DNA of 63,571 nt, counting the filler, from Bipalium vagum (taxonomy: Eukaryota): NCBI GenBank assembly GCA_037834085.1. It is 3 parts of 3 records of this genome, joined end to end, with 100 filler letters (N's around TTAATTAATTAA, not from the genome) between each part and the next. Parts side by side here need not be neighbours in the genome. Positions count along the whole stretch, not along the records: positions 15,956 to 46,807 come from JBBMKC010262066.1; 2 more parts are not named here. The stretch is one strand, 5' to 3'. Below, piece after piece: positions 28,840-41,697 of the stretch. Below the pieces are notes generated by a model. It searched no databases. It worked only from the letters and a program-made list of their open reading frames with translations, and was not told the origin of the DNA. Within the stretch, counting starts at the first letter, position 1, and every line of letters starts with the position of its first letter. The position numbers and the translations under genes were made by a program.

Positions 28840-29095
28840 TCTCATATTAGTTTCTAACCACAATGGTCCTATTCTTATTTGATATGTCCAAATTTATCTT
28901 TGCAGTAGCATGACACTTCAGGGTGCCCATGGGACTAGCATAATACAAATACAGCTGGAAAGACACAAACAAAACGATAATTTTCAGGTGACTTTTCCCA
29001 TGTATAAGACGCCCAGTAATATGAAATAAAGTGAAGGAAGACTCATCTGACCAAATGAGGTGCTTCCAATTATCTTTGGGTTCCGCTGTCACGTT
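28840..29095 (-). mobile_element. Tc1-like transposase fragment
   Basis: WKHLIWSDESSFTLFHITGR, the first catalytic Asp motif of Tc1. Confidence 0.8.
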
Positions 29096-29249
29096 GATAC
29101 TACTGTTTCATGATTTTTATTTTTTTAATTTAAATTTATATATTTTATTTTTGAATTTTTTTATTATATTATGTAAAGAAAAAAAATTTTCAAATGTCAG
29201 CAAAGAGAGCAACATATTAAGATTAGTATATCTAAAAAAAATAATATAC

Positions 29250-29441
29250 CTCTTCCAATCTTGAAGAGTCCTTGACACCTGGACACCATGTTATCATATT
29301 GCTTAAACAACGTTTGTGAATAACACAGGTACATACATGACATTGATACCCTTGATACCATAGACCCCAAATGAATTCCTTGCATAATGAGCAGAATGTA
29401 AATTGCTTAAACATTGTCACCATGAATTTGTGACCTTTTGT
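29250..29441 (-). CDS. PRKCE: Novel PKC coding exon 4: C1A zinc finger
   Basis: Acceptor TTTCAG|; 192 nt: [64 protein letters not shown]. Complete H-x12-C-x2-C-x13-C-x2-C-x4-H-x2-C-x7-C pattern. Donor GAG|GTATAT. Confidence 0.95.
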
Positions 29442-29645
29442 CTGAAAGTGTCAGAAAAGTTAATTTGATAAAACAAATATAATATTTTTATACTTGCGTC
29501 TACAACTTTCTCAAATGAATTAGTTTGAAATGATTTGTGGTTGTCACAATAAGAAAAAAAGGATATTATATATTTATAAAAAAAACTTTATCTAAATATG
29601 TTTTCTAATTTATTCAAATTGATTATTTCGTAATTTTTATATTTG

Positions 29646-29830
29646 TACGAGGATGGGTAAAAATTTCTCGGCCTAACAAAACTTTTCGACAAAATTATAT
29701 TTATTTTTTAATATTGTCTCCCTTTAATGCAATAAATTTATATTATTCATATCAATATTCAAGTCTTTTAATCCCATCAGCATAATATGATCAAGACCTT
29801 CAAAATATACATTATTTACCCATTAAACGT
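29646..29830. mobile_element. Mariner terminal fragment
   Basis: TACGAGGATGGGTAAAAATTTCTCGGCC TIR-like start, followed by sequence resembling the antisense 3' end of the 13540 element. Confidence 0.45.
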
Positions 29831-32800
29831 CCATTGAAATATATTTTTATTTTATTTATTTAAAATTTTTATGAATTAAAGTTTAATTTGAAAATAAATT
29901 TTGTTCTAAAGAATTCATTGGAAAATAATGTTATAAAGGAAAATATGTATTCAAACATTATTTTTTCTATCTACAAAAAAGAAAGTAAAAAAATTATAAA
30001 ATAAAATATTAATTTGGATAATAAAAAATTTAATTGATTATACATAATTTTAAAATTACTGTAATGCACAAAATATATAAAAATCAATAATACAAGAGAA
30101 GTGTGAAGTATATCTGAATTTTGTCTAGTTTTCAAAATAAATTATTTTATTGTACATAAATTCATGATCAAATAAGCTTTCAAGTAAACTTATGTATTTT
30201 TATAATAATAATAATAATATTATTATTGTTATTATTATATATAAAATTATCAAAGTTGGCAAACATTGAAAATAAAAATCAGAAAGCTACTGAACAAAAA
30301 AAATTAATTTAGTTAAATTGTAAAAGTTAAATCATGAGAGATTTTTAAATCTGTTTTTAAAATTTTTTTGTAATATTTTTTTAAGAAAAAGTATAAAAAA
30401 TAAAATTAATATTGTGCAATTATTATTACGTAGAGTTAGAACAAGCTGAAATAACTTCCCAAAAAACTTCAAGTAATTTTTTAATGAAAACTGGTTAAGG
30501 TTGGTACATTGGAGAATCTTTTGGGTTTACCAAAAATCTTTTTGGTTTAATATAGTTATAAACGATCCATATTTCATTGCCTATTAAACCGTCATAAATA
30601 TTAATTTTCTTTGTTCCATTTCAAGAATCAATTGCCAAGGAATAAAACATATCCAATTTTTAACAAATAAGTAAAAATAGATGCTTAACTTGACAACCAA
30701 ATTCTTCGTGTCCAAGCTGAGTTTTAAACAATAAAACTTAATTTTCTCAAATGCGATCGGTCACGAAAAAATCTCCATAAACTGCACACATATTGACTTT
30801 TTTGTTGTTGTAGGGATTTTTCTTTTGCGAAAATAAAAGAAAATTATGAGAAATGCTAAGTTTAGAATAAGAACTTGTTGGGTTTGAGATTTTTAGTAAT
30901 TGAGTTTTATGTGAAAGATGCGAGCCTAAAGTACCTGATTCATGTTTTATTAAATAAGACAGTGACCTGTCTCTATACTATAACAAAAGAGATTTTTATT
31001 AACTTTACAAATGGACAGACAAGATTTAAAATTTTAATGGTTTAGTTGCACATTCTTACAATCATTTTTCTACAATTAAAATGATAAAAATTGATGTGGA
31101 TCAATAAAAACTACTAAGGGCTCAAAATGAAAAATGATTTAAATAAAGAAAATGTCGTTCCTCGTTAGGAAGAACCTAAAAACCTGGTTTATATATTTTA
31201 CGAATGAAAAAACCGTAATGCCAAGAAAGAATACAAAAACCTAAGGGTAGCTTTTAATTCTGAAAAGAAGACAAAAACGGGAAACGATATTCATCTTCTG
31301 CAAAATAAATAATTAATTCTGATTTTAATATTTTCTGAATACAATTATTTTCGCTTCCGTTTTTAAAAGTACATTTCAAAAAATTCTGTGAAAGTTTGCT
31401 TTGTATTATTAAAAAACTTTCCCACTGAGTTTTACATGATCATTTCACGTCATTTAATTGGCTGTTGTTTGATGATGGGCTTGCTTTTTCATTATTTATT
31501 TTGAGTGACGTCATTCATGCAATGTTGTGAAATAACTATCGTAACATTTTTATTTTAAATTATATATTATACTAATTTGTATTTTATTATTTTATTTTTA
31601 TTTATATTAATATTGTAATATTATCGATATTATTTAAATATTGTTGGCTTAGTTGGGCAATGAAGTTTAGTTAGTGTGAGCTCGAACTAATAACTCAATA
31701 ATCAACAAAATGACTATTTACAAAAATTGTTAAAGAGAAAAGGTTACGTTTATAAATGTATATTTATGACCAAATAGAATATTTTACACAAATTATTAGA
31801 AAACACTTTCAAATCCGTTTGCTTTTAAAGACTAACATGCAAAACCCTTTTTGACTTATGAACGTCTAAAGGTTTCGACAAAAAGTAAACCATCATATTA
31901 AAAATGTAAATGGTCAAAATAGGAAGTTTATATTGATTCGAAGCAATCATCATTTCATAATCTCTTACTAATATTATTCGATATATTACAAAAAGAATCA
32001 ATTCTATTTATTCAATATTTTTTCCTTAAAATTGATTTTTAAAATAATTGTTATCATTATTACAATGATTTTTAATAAAATACAGATAATCGCAAAAATA
32101 AGTGCTAAACATAATATCACAAATAATATTTCACAAATGATAATAGTTATTGGTATCACCGATTGAGCTGAAGCCTTGTTATTATTGTAATACTAATTGA
32201 AATTGAACGATTGTTGGTTCATTGAACGGTTGCTATAATTGAATTGCCTATTTTTATGATTTGTTGACTGAATAAAATTGTGTGCTGAATGATTGTTGTA
32301 GATTAAACGAGAATTGACTGGACCGAATAACGTTTTTCTTGATTGAACTGCATCTGATGGACTATATGTATTGGGTTTATTTTCTTGGATTTGTAATTCT
32401 TCTGCTATTATTGTTCTCCACTTAAATACGCTATATCATCGAGAATTTTGAAGCTTGCTTACAAAATATTAATTAAAAGAAACGATTTCTTGTTAATAAT
32501 CACTTCAAAATAATAAATCGAATTTTGATTCAAGAAAACTGAACGAACTTTCAGTTCAACTTAGATCGCTTTTCTTATATCATTTGTAAAAAATTAACAT
32601 GAGAGTAGAGCCATTTTGAAATTTCGATAAATACCCAATATGATTTTTAAAATAATTCTGAAATAAAAATACAAAATATCAACTTTCAGCCAAAAGATAA
32701 CTTAACTTTTTTGTCTTTATTCATGAAAATAAATATTCTATTGACCTAAATATCTTTCAGCCAACCCAGCACAATATAATAATAAATATTGATACACGGA

Positions 32801-33719
32801 TATCAAGTTGAATATGTTTCTCATGTTAACGATTATAAGAAATGAATTCGAATAATGAAATCTATAGGTTCATGTGAAGACTATCGAAAAGTAATATCAA
32901 TTAATAAATATCATTTTAATAATTTTAAGAAATATCTAGTCCTTTCTTGACCTCTTGGCATATAAAGTTCATTGTCCAACAACAGATCATTCTTAATCTT
33001 CATTTCAATTAATCACATTTTCATAGTAAAACTATTACAAGGGGTATAATGAAATATTTATATAATGAATAGATTTTAACATTACATAATAACTTAATGA
33101 TGTTTCCTAATCTGGACCATGTCTTAAGTAACAAAACTAAAACGCAATATTATTGACCTAATTCATCAAATGGTATTATGTAATTGTGATTTCAATTGAT
33201 TAATTTATAATAATACTGTACATCATGTCAATAATAAAGAGGAACCACTGTGAGAAAATATGACTATAAATACTTTCAAAATCAATGATTTATAACTTGC
33301 AAATATGATCCTGTTGGGTCATAAATCTCTTGAAATAATACGGTTCTAATTTTACTAATTTTGTCAATAAAAATTATCCAGAGTAAATAAATGATTTGAT
33401 AATAAATTATCATAGATTGACCAATGGGTTTAAAAATAAATTAAAAATAATAGATTTGAATATAAAACAACCAAGAAAAAAAGTTTGTTTCTTTATTATG
33501 GCACAATGAAAATGAATGAACAAGGATTAATGTAAAAAATAAAACGAAAGAGACACATTATTTCTACTTCGATGACGAAAAATTTTGTATGCAGAACTTG
33601 AACTGATTTTAGACCAAACCTATAAAACATAATGCACTTATGCATCACATTTATGCATTACAGATATTCTAAAATTCCAGAGAAGAATAATTAGAAAGAT
33701 AGAAATATAAATTTTTTCA

Positions 33720-33960
33720 ATACCGATAATAAAACATTATACTTATAATAATGATATGATACAAAAGATATACGTCGATGGTTTCAACCCTTTCGAGATG
33801 ACGATGAGAGTCTTGCCAATGAAGAAGATCTCGGACGTCATGAACGAAGACAATTTGAAATCGCGGAATAATTCACGTTATTTACTCAACAGTTATGTAT
33901 CACTTAAATTGACTGGGCAAAGCCTGGAGACTTGAAATGGGTATATCATGACTTAAATGA
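33720..33960 (+). mobile_element. Mariner HTH fragment
   Basis: RRWFQPFRDDDESLANEEDLGR (cf. WFxxFRxGDxSLEDExRSGRP). Confidence 0.65.
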
Positions 33961-34156
33961 AATTACTGACAGTACTGAAGATTTTCCAAAATGTATAATT
34001 TTTTTTTCATCTCTGGAGTCGAATTGGAATATTATTTTATTCTTAAAAAACGACCAGATTAAGAAAGGTGTTTTCACTACAAGAGTGATCAATTTGACGC
34101 GTATCTTTTGTATTGTTGAATTTAATGAAATAAATATAAGATATAACTGAATATAC

Positions 34157-34395
34157 CTGGTGAACTCTTTGTTTTCTCATAGCTCCACGCCGATTATGGC
34201 GAGAAACGACAGCACAGGACTGAATAGTAGAATTAATTGAGGCATCCTGGTTTAGTTTGCTCGATCCAGAGATGGTTATAATTACTGCAGGTCGAATTGA
34301 ACTAGATGAATCAATTGATGGATCGGAACATTTGTTGCCATTGCTTCCAGTTGTATTACCATTTGCTGATAATCGACTTCTATCTTTGGTGGGTT
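34157..34395 (-). CDS. PRKCE: Novel PKC coding exon 3: Ser/Asn-rich linker plus pseudosubstrate (absent from the ORF track)
   Basis: Acceptor TTTAG|AACCC; 239 nt open in the phase set by exon 2: EPTKDRSRLSANGNTTGSNGNKCSDPSIDSSSSIRPAVIITISGSSKLNQDASINSTIQSCAVVSRHNRRGAMRKQRVHQ. RRGAMRKQRVHQ matches the pseudosubstrate RQGAVRRRVHQ. Donor CAG|GTATAT. Confidence 0.92.
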
Positions 34396-35439
34396 CTAAA
34401 GATTAAGAAATTAGGTCGCATTTCATTCAATGTTCTGATAAATGATGCATAGAAATACTATTTATAAGCTTAAGTGGATAAATATAATGTTAATTAACAA
34501 AAAGGCGACAATGGTTCTCAGGCTATCCACATCATGAGAAGAAAATGTCATTAGGAAAATTAAACAAATTTATAAATAAAACAATGGATAAATAAGATTG
34601 GTTTTCACAATCTTCACAATTGATTACTTTGAATAAAAATAGATTACTTTAATTTAATTTAATCTGTTTCACATAAATTACCTAAGCAAAGAGGGCTAGG
34701 AACATTTTAAAAATACTTATTAATTATTAATTAATTAATTAATTAATATTATTAATTTTTGGAAAATTGAATCAATTAACAAGAAAAACAATTTAAGTAA
34801 AAACCAATAGAATTCCAAAGTACCCTGACTGCGTAGCTCTAAATTAGTTTAATTTATCAAGTTGAAAAAAGTATTTTCAGTTTTTCATATGAATAAAATA
34901 ATGTTAAAGCTAAATTTTTAAAGCAGCCCGAAAGATGTTTTAATTTAATATTAATTATTAATTAATTATTCATATTATTAATTATTAATATTATATTAAT
35001 TATTAATTTAATTAATAACATGACCTGGAAATCTTTGTTGATCTAGAATTATGTATGAAATGTTTTTTATCAATCTTGTTCGAACAATATAAAATATATA
35101 AAAAGAAACAAAGTGAGAGAAAAAGAAACATACAGGAATAAGAGGTTAAATAATAAAGACGGACCATGGACTATGATACAGATTTTTTAAAGTCTGTATA
35201 AGTAAACTTGAAAAAAAATTAGAAAGCGTATTAGATGAAAATAACGATTATTTTATTAATTAGTTTTCATATTGACTTATTGAATTTTGATTTGTGATAT
35301 AAAATCAACATTACTTTTCCCTTAAACAATATTTCCAATAAAATATTGCTTCCTATTAAAAAGTTGATTTAATAAATTTAATTTTTTTAGGCAAATTGTT
35401 TGATTTCTAATTGACATTTGTTTTAATTTGGAAACTTTT

Positions 35440-36130
35440 TGAATACTGAAATGGCAAACATTCCAGAATAACCAAAAATTATTGTTCTTTCGCATTATGA
35501 AAGATTTTTGGTCAAATTAGAAAAGTTGAAACACGAATACGACACGGTCAAAGGATTATGTCAAGTTTTCGATGTAAATAAAAACAATTCCGAAAATTGC
35601 TTTTTTTTAATATGAAACAGAACTGTGCAAGACTTTATATTGACATTTATGAAGAGCAACAGTTAGTAGTTTCGTATGAGCTGCTCTACTATCATCTTCG
35701 ACATTCTACTGAAATCCAAAAGACAAATGTGCACTCTCATAGCAGATGATCAAAAGATGATTTGTTTGGTACACAATCAGTTCTGACTCTCATAAGAATT
35801 GATAATGAAATCATGTCTGCATCTAGATGTACTACTACCAAAAAAATGTCATCAAAATGGATAATGCTCGTCCACATGTAGTAAAAATGTGAAAAAACCT
35901 AAATGATTTTGATTGCAATTTAACTACAATTATTGTGATGACCCAACCAGTGCAATTCCCTGAGTTAAACCATAATGATCTAGGACTACTTCATTCTTTG
36001 AATAAGTGATGGCAAAAATCTATGTGTAGTCTGGATCTATCGTAGACCAATTTACAAGTCGAATTTTGGCCTACAAAGAAAGGAGCTATAACTTCTTAAG
36101 TTTCGAATCATTAATGATATTATTGATTCA
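35440..36130 (+). mobile_element. Decayed mariner element
   Basis: YDTVKGLCQVFDVNK N-terminal segment and DNARPHVVK at ~35860. Confidence 0.65.
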
Positions 36131-36499
36131 AGAGCAGTTGCCAATGTTACTCATAAATATTAACAATTTATCTTTTATATATTTGAAAAATATTTTTTTC
36201 TTTTGTAAATTTTTATAGGATGAATTAAGTATTTTCTTTATTTTGTAATTTTAATTTTATGTAATTATTAAAAAAAATACTCAAATATCACAGTTCTTAG
36301 GTTATCATAGAAGTAAATATATTTACTGATTTACTCAGATTAGAATTATTTCTGTATCCATAAAAAAATAAAATATGTTGAAAAAATATTATACGGTTTT
36401 TCGATCTATAAAACAATTTGGTCAACCAATTAAATAATTTTGTCAGCATAAATTATGTAGTTGATCGAAAAAGTCTTCTTTAATGTATTCATTTTCATA

Positions 36500-37150
36500 C
36501 CTGAAATATGTCCAACCTAACCAGTGAGAATATTCAAACGAAGCAAATTGATAAAGAGGAAAACCAAAAGTAGAAAAGACCAATGGTATCAAATAATGAC
36601 AGGGAGAGGATTGCATCTAAAAAATTGGGAGATTATTTCGTAAAGCCAATTGCCTCTTTGTTTTAGATGAAGTACCGAACTGTGAACACCATTTTTAAAA
36701 GGTTTCTAAAGACAAGTAAGTTACAACCCAATAAACGAAGGTTGTAACAGGCGTTCCAACTTAGGCTTGGGAATACAAAATGAGTTGCTGTCATTTTGAT
36801 AAAGAATGCCCTTCGTTGTTAAAATAACTTTCAGATTGGGTTGAATAGAAGTTTGGGGTCGTTGTATCATTAAATACAGTGGAAAATGTCATTATACTCT
36901 TAAGAGGACCACATTGAGAAACTGTGAAAATACAATAAACTTAAGAGAATTATATGCTTTAACATATAGAAACCTGAATGTCCTTCCATACTCACAATTT
37001 TTAAATCCTATCGAGAGCGTATTTTTGGTTTGGAAGAATCTACTTATTCGTGAAGGAGTACAAATTTGATCGAATTACTGAAGTGCATAGTGAGTAGTTT
37101 AACAGAAAAAAGCTTTCCAATCTTATTAAATGTTAAAACAGGTAAGTGAT
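36500..37150 (+). mobile_element. Tc1/IS630-like transposase remnant
   Basis: MKYRTVNTIFKRFLKT HTH and LPYSQFLNPIESVFLVWKN (cf. LPPYSPxLNPIExxFSxWK). Confidence 0.75.
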
Positions 37151-37780
37151 TAATGAAAAAATTGTTATTTTTATTATGATAAATGTTGTTTTAATTAAAT
37201 CAAATCTTACTTCTCTGACAAGTTTTCAGCAATATAAAAAACAAACGATACTATCAATATTTATATTTGCCACTTAAGAATGGAGCTTAAAGGAAAAAAT
37301 TCGAGGGGTTTTAAAAAAAATAATCCCATAGCTGTTTCTCAAGACTTAATTTTTAAAATATTATAAAGTAAACCTATTTAAACTTTCCTGAAAAATCAAA
37401 GGAAATTAAAATGATATTGTTCAGACTATTTCATAAATATTTATAATTGAATAGGTTTTCAGTTATCAACTTAAAGAAACGCCTCCGAAGAAAATATTGT
37501 TATACAATAGAAATGAATGAGTTTAAATGCTTCAATTCTGGTTTTAAAACAGTTTCATGAATCTAGATGCAAGTACCCATTCAACAATGGCTCCACTCTT
37601 AACAAACGTCGATAGAGATATAAAAAATTAACAGAGAATTTTCATTTTTAAAATATTAAAACTTAATTTTAAAATTTATTTGACAATAAAAATTTAAACG
37701 TTCCAGTTGATAATGAATGCTTTTGATCTGTAAATAAAATCTTTATTAAAATTTGAACATGACAAAAAATATTATATATA

Positions 37781-37996
37781 CAGAGTGTTTCATAAATATG
37801 TAACGCTTTTAGAGCAAAAAAAATTAACCGAATTAAAAGAATTCAACCGAATTTATTAATCAAAGCATTTTTGTAAAGTATTATATATTTTTGAAATGAT
37901 TTACTTATAATAAGTTATAAAAATGATTCATGTTCATTGAAAAATTGATTAATTTTTATTTGTTTAAACGCGTATACATATTTATCAAACACACTG
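37781..37996. mobile_element. Tc1/mariner-type MITE (216 bp, TA target)
   Basis: TA|CAGAGTGTTTCATAAATATGTA ... TACATATTTATCAAACACACTG|TA; 22-bp TIR with 2 mismatches. Confidence 0.85.
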
Positions 37997-38153
37997 TATG
38001 TAATAAACGAATAACGCGTTAGCAATCAAACCTGATATAAATTTTAAAATGTGGGAAAATAAAAAAATTAATTTTAATTAAATTTGAATATAAATATTTT
38101 TCCATGACTCAATTTTATAAAATCAAAAAATTTAAAAAATTTACAGAATATAC

Positions 38154-38250
38154 TAATAATAATAATAATAATAATTAATAATAGTAATTAATAATAATAA
38201 TAATAATAATAATAATGATAATAATAATAAATATCTTAATAATAATAATG
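38154..38250. repeat. Imperfect (AAT)n microsatellite
   Basis: Seen directly. Confidence 0.85.
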
Positions 38251-41200
38251 ATCATTGACAATAAATTCACAGTTACTTGATTTAATAACAACAGTTTTGA
38301 CCAATTAATATTGATTTGAAATTTCTACATAAAAATTTACTATGTTGGATAATATTTAAATTTATATATTTAAATATAATATTTTATTAATATTATTATT
38401 ATATGGTTTTTATGATTATTTATCATTTTTCTCCATCCAACATTATAAGAAATTATTCTCGAACTTATTAATAATTATCTATTATTTTGAATATATTAGT
38501 ATTAATTTGATAGAAACATAAGTAAAAAGATTGTAATTAATATCAGGATTAAGCATAAAAATTGTGGACATTAATTTTTTGAATATATCGCTGTTTGGTG
38601 TTGATAGAGTAGTAATGCCGATTTTAGTTTCACTGCAATTACAAAGCGGGACTAAGCGGGAAATACAAAAATTGAGACTGATAAAATATTATAAACCATT
38701 TTAAAGGATAATTCTCACTTTTTCAATGCATTAGTTTAATATATAATATTTTTAACTCCAGTCATGTCAAAATTTAAACCATTCTTTAAATGTGTAAAAC
38801 AAAATTTTCCCTATTCATTTTACGAACTCAAACTTAATCATAGCGCAATTATTTTATTCAAACATTAATTCAAAAACATATAAACGAGCGCACAGTTCTG
38901 CAATAGTTTAAAATTTTCATTACGAAGAATTTTATCAGAAAGATGAAGAAGACCGTGGTTGTCCATCAGTCGTGTTGAATGTAACCAAAAGTAATCATCA
39001 CTCAAATTTATTCTAACACATTTTAAAGAATGAGTTAAAACAAAAATAAAAAACAATAATTTAATTTATTTAATTTAACAGAAATATATTGTTTAGAAAG
39101 CACATCAAATAAATGACATTGAGACAGAGAAATCGCTGTGATTCTGTCATTAGTTTAAAAATAACTCCGTAAAAAAAGTTATTTTTTTTACTCCGTTTAA
39201 AAGTAAAAAGAAAATAAGTTCATTTTTGGTTTCTTCATATTATTAAAATATTTGCAACGTCGTGAGAACAATTTGTTTACCATAAACTTTCCTTAGCAAA
39301 TTCTGCGAACCCCAAAGTAAGACACGACAGACATTAAGTAACATTTAATTAACAATGACTTACTTTTTACAGATTCGTTGATAATAATTAAAAGAATTTA
39401 TTATTCAGAAAAATATTATTTTTGAAAATAAATAATAAATTTTCATTTTAAAAAACACTTTAATCATTTGATATCACAATAAGCACTTTTTATTGATATT
39501 TTCACAATTTAACATCAAATAAATAAATTATATTAAATTATATTACGTCTTAATTATTTTATGCTCCAATACTTGATTGTTATTGGGAAAATGAAAATCG
39601 TTGAACTTTTATACGTAGAACAACTGTAAAATTAAATGTTTGATAAAGAACAAATGAATTGATCATCTTTACTGTTCCTTATCAAACATAAAAGGAAAAA
39701 AATAAAAATGCGGACACAAAGAATAATAAGTAATGAATGTATACAACTTTTCTATAGACAAAAAAATCAATTTCGTTGAAAATCAAAAAAATAATCTTTT
39801 AATCATAAAGAGAAATTCTTTCTTTAAAAGAAGTCTGAAGTTCTAGAATTCTTCTTAATCAAAAACTTTCTTTGGTCAGAAAGGATTTGGAAACCAAGAT
39901 GCTTCTAATTTTAAAAAAAACCATACATCTAAAGCTCTAAGGTTACTAATACACTGCACTTTTGAATCCTTAAGTCTTTTTATAAAAAGTCTTTTGTTCA
40001 TAAATCCATAATTCTCCATCACAAATTAAATTTTATAACTTTTCGAGCAGTGAATTTAACAATATCCCATAGATTTATGAAACGAACGAATTTTCGACTT
40101 CACTTCATTTTCTATACAAACATCCTGACAACATTTCTCTTCTTCAAAGTTTCCATTCTCAATTAGTTGTAAGATAATTCGTTTTTTAGAAAGAAAATCA
40201 GACTTTCTTTTTACTTTTTTCCTCTTCACTGAAACCCATTAAGTCATTTTTATTTTAGCAATCCTAATATTTGTTATCGATAAAATTTGCTGTAAAAGAT
40301 CAACCATATAAAGTAGCCCGGTTCAAATTATAAAAAATATCATCCTAGGGTTCTAATTATTGATTGAAAAAAGTCATAATTAAAAAAATGTTTATGATCA
40401 TCTTTGACTTATAATTTTTATTCAAGTTTAATTCCAATGTCTTCATTTCGATTTAATTAATTTTCGATTTTCGAAAAATAAATAAAAAGTGCTTTCATTA
40501 ATAAATCATTTAATTAATTTTTATATCAGAACTTTGAAATAAACAATTTCAAATGCCGAAACGATTTTTAAAATCATTTTTACAAAATTTAAATGTCAAA
40601 TTTTCAATTATTTTAATTTTTTTTCAATATTATCATATAAACACATCTTCTCCTTCCTTTAACCGTAAATCATTACTTGTTTATTATCTTCACGTGCTTG
40701 AAAATGTAAACTTTACCTTTGAAGCATCTTTACAAAAGGTGTTTTATTCAAAACTAACTCCACTCCAATTTTTATTATTTATACATAATATATTTTTTTT
40801 TATATTTGGAAATTTGTCCAACAATTTTTATATCAATATAGACCCATAGTAAACTAATTTCCAAAACATATTCCGTTATCAAGATAATTGTCATATTTTT
40901 TGTTTGCCACCAATCAAAATATCAATATAAAATGATAACCACATAAATTGGGGAATTTTTATTTCAATTTCCTTTCAATTAGTTCAAGATTCTTTTCCTT
41001 TATAAATGTTTCACCATTATTCCACAAATTTATTACCTCACATAAAATATTATTTTTCATTCCTATGGTTACATAGGCATGTTGTCTGTGATTTACAAAC
41101 GAAAACGGTAATCAGGAGATTTAAGCGATATCTGACAAATATATATATGTTATACAAGTTTAGCTGAGAACCAATATTTCAAAGATCAATGACAAAAAGA

Positions 41201-41586
41201 AATGATTTTTCAATGGCCTTTCTTTGGAAAAGATAAACGTCTTCCAAAGAAACTCCGTCTTTTCTCTTTATAAAGATTACTTGATTGGTTACAGAGATTC
41301 ATTGATTAATGCGAGCATATATATTAATTACTTTACAAAAGTTTATTTTATTAAATTTTGGAATTGTAAATCAAAACCAAAATGGAATTTATTGATAATT
41401 TTTATAAAGATCTCCATTGTAATATAAAATAACGAAATATAATATTAATATAATTATAAATATTATATAAGTTAGAAAAGTTATTCATACAAAAAGGAAC
41501 ACTTCGACTTTTAAATAGATAAATTAATGCCAAAACAAAAACACAGTGATTATACGGAAAGTTAAGCAAAAAAAAAACAGAAATAC

Positions 41587-41650
41587 CTTCAGAAAGTGAT
41601 CCTTTAAAGTCAATATAAAAATCTAATTTCCCATCAGGTTCTAGATCAAC
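41587..41650 (-). CDS. PRKCE: Novel PKC coding exon 2 (end of C2 domain), 64 nt
   Basis: Acceptor TTTAAAG| after a 47-nt intron (41651-41697). Encodes VDLEPDGKLDFYIDFKGSLSE, cf. PKC-epsilon [21 protein letters not shown]. Phase-1 donor GAAG|GTATTT. Confidence 0.92.
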
Positions 41651-41697
41651 CTTTAAATGTAAGTCAAAGTTATATCTAAGAATCAACTAAAAGCTAC

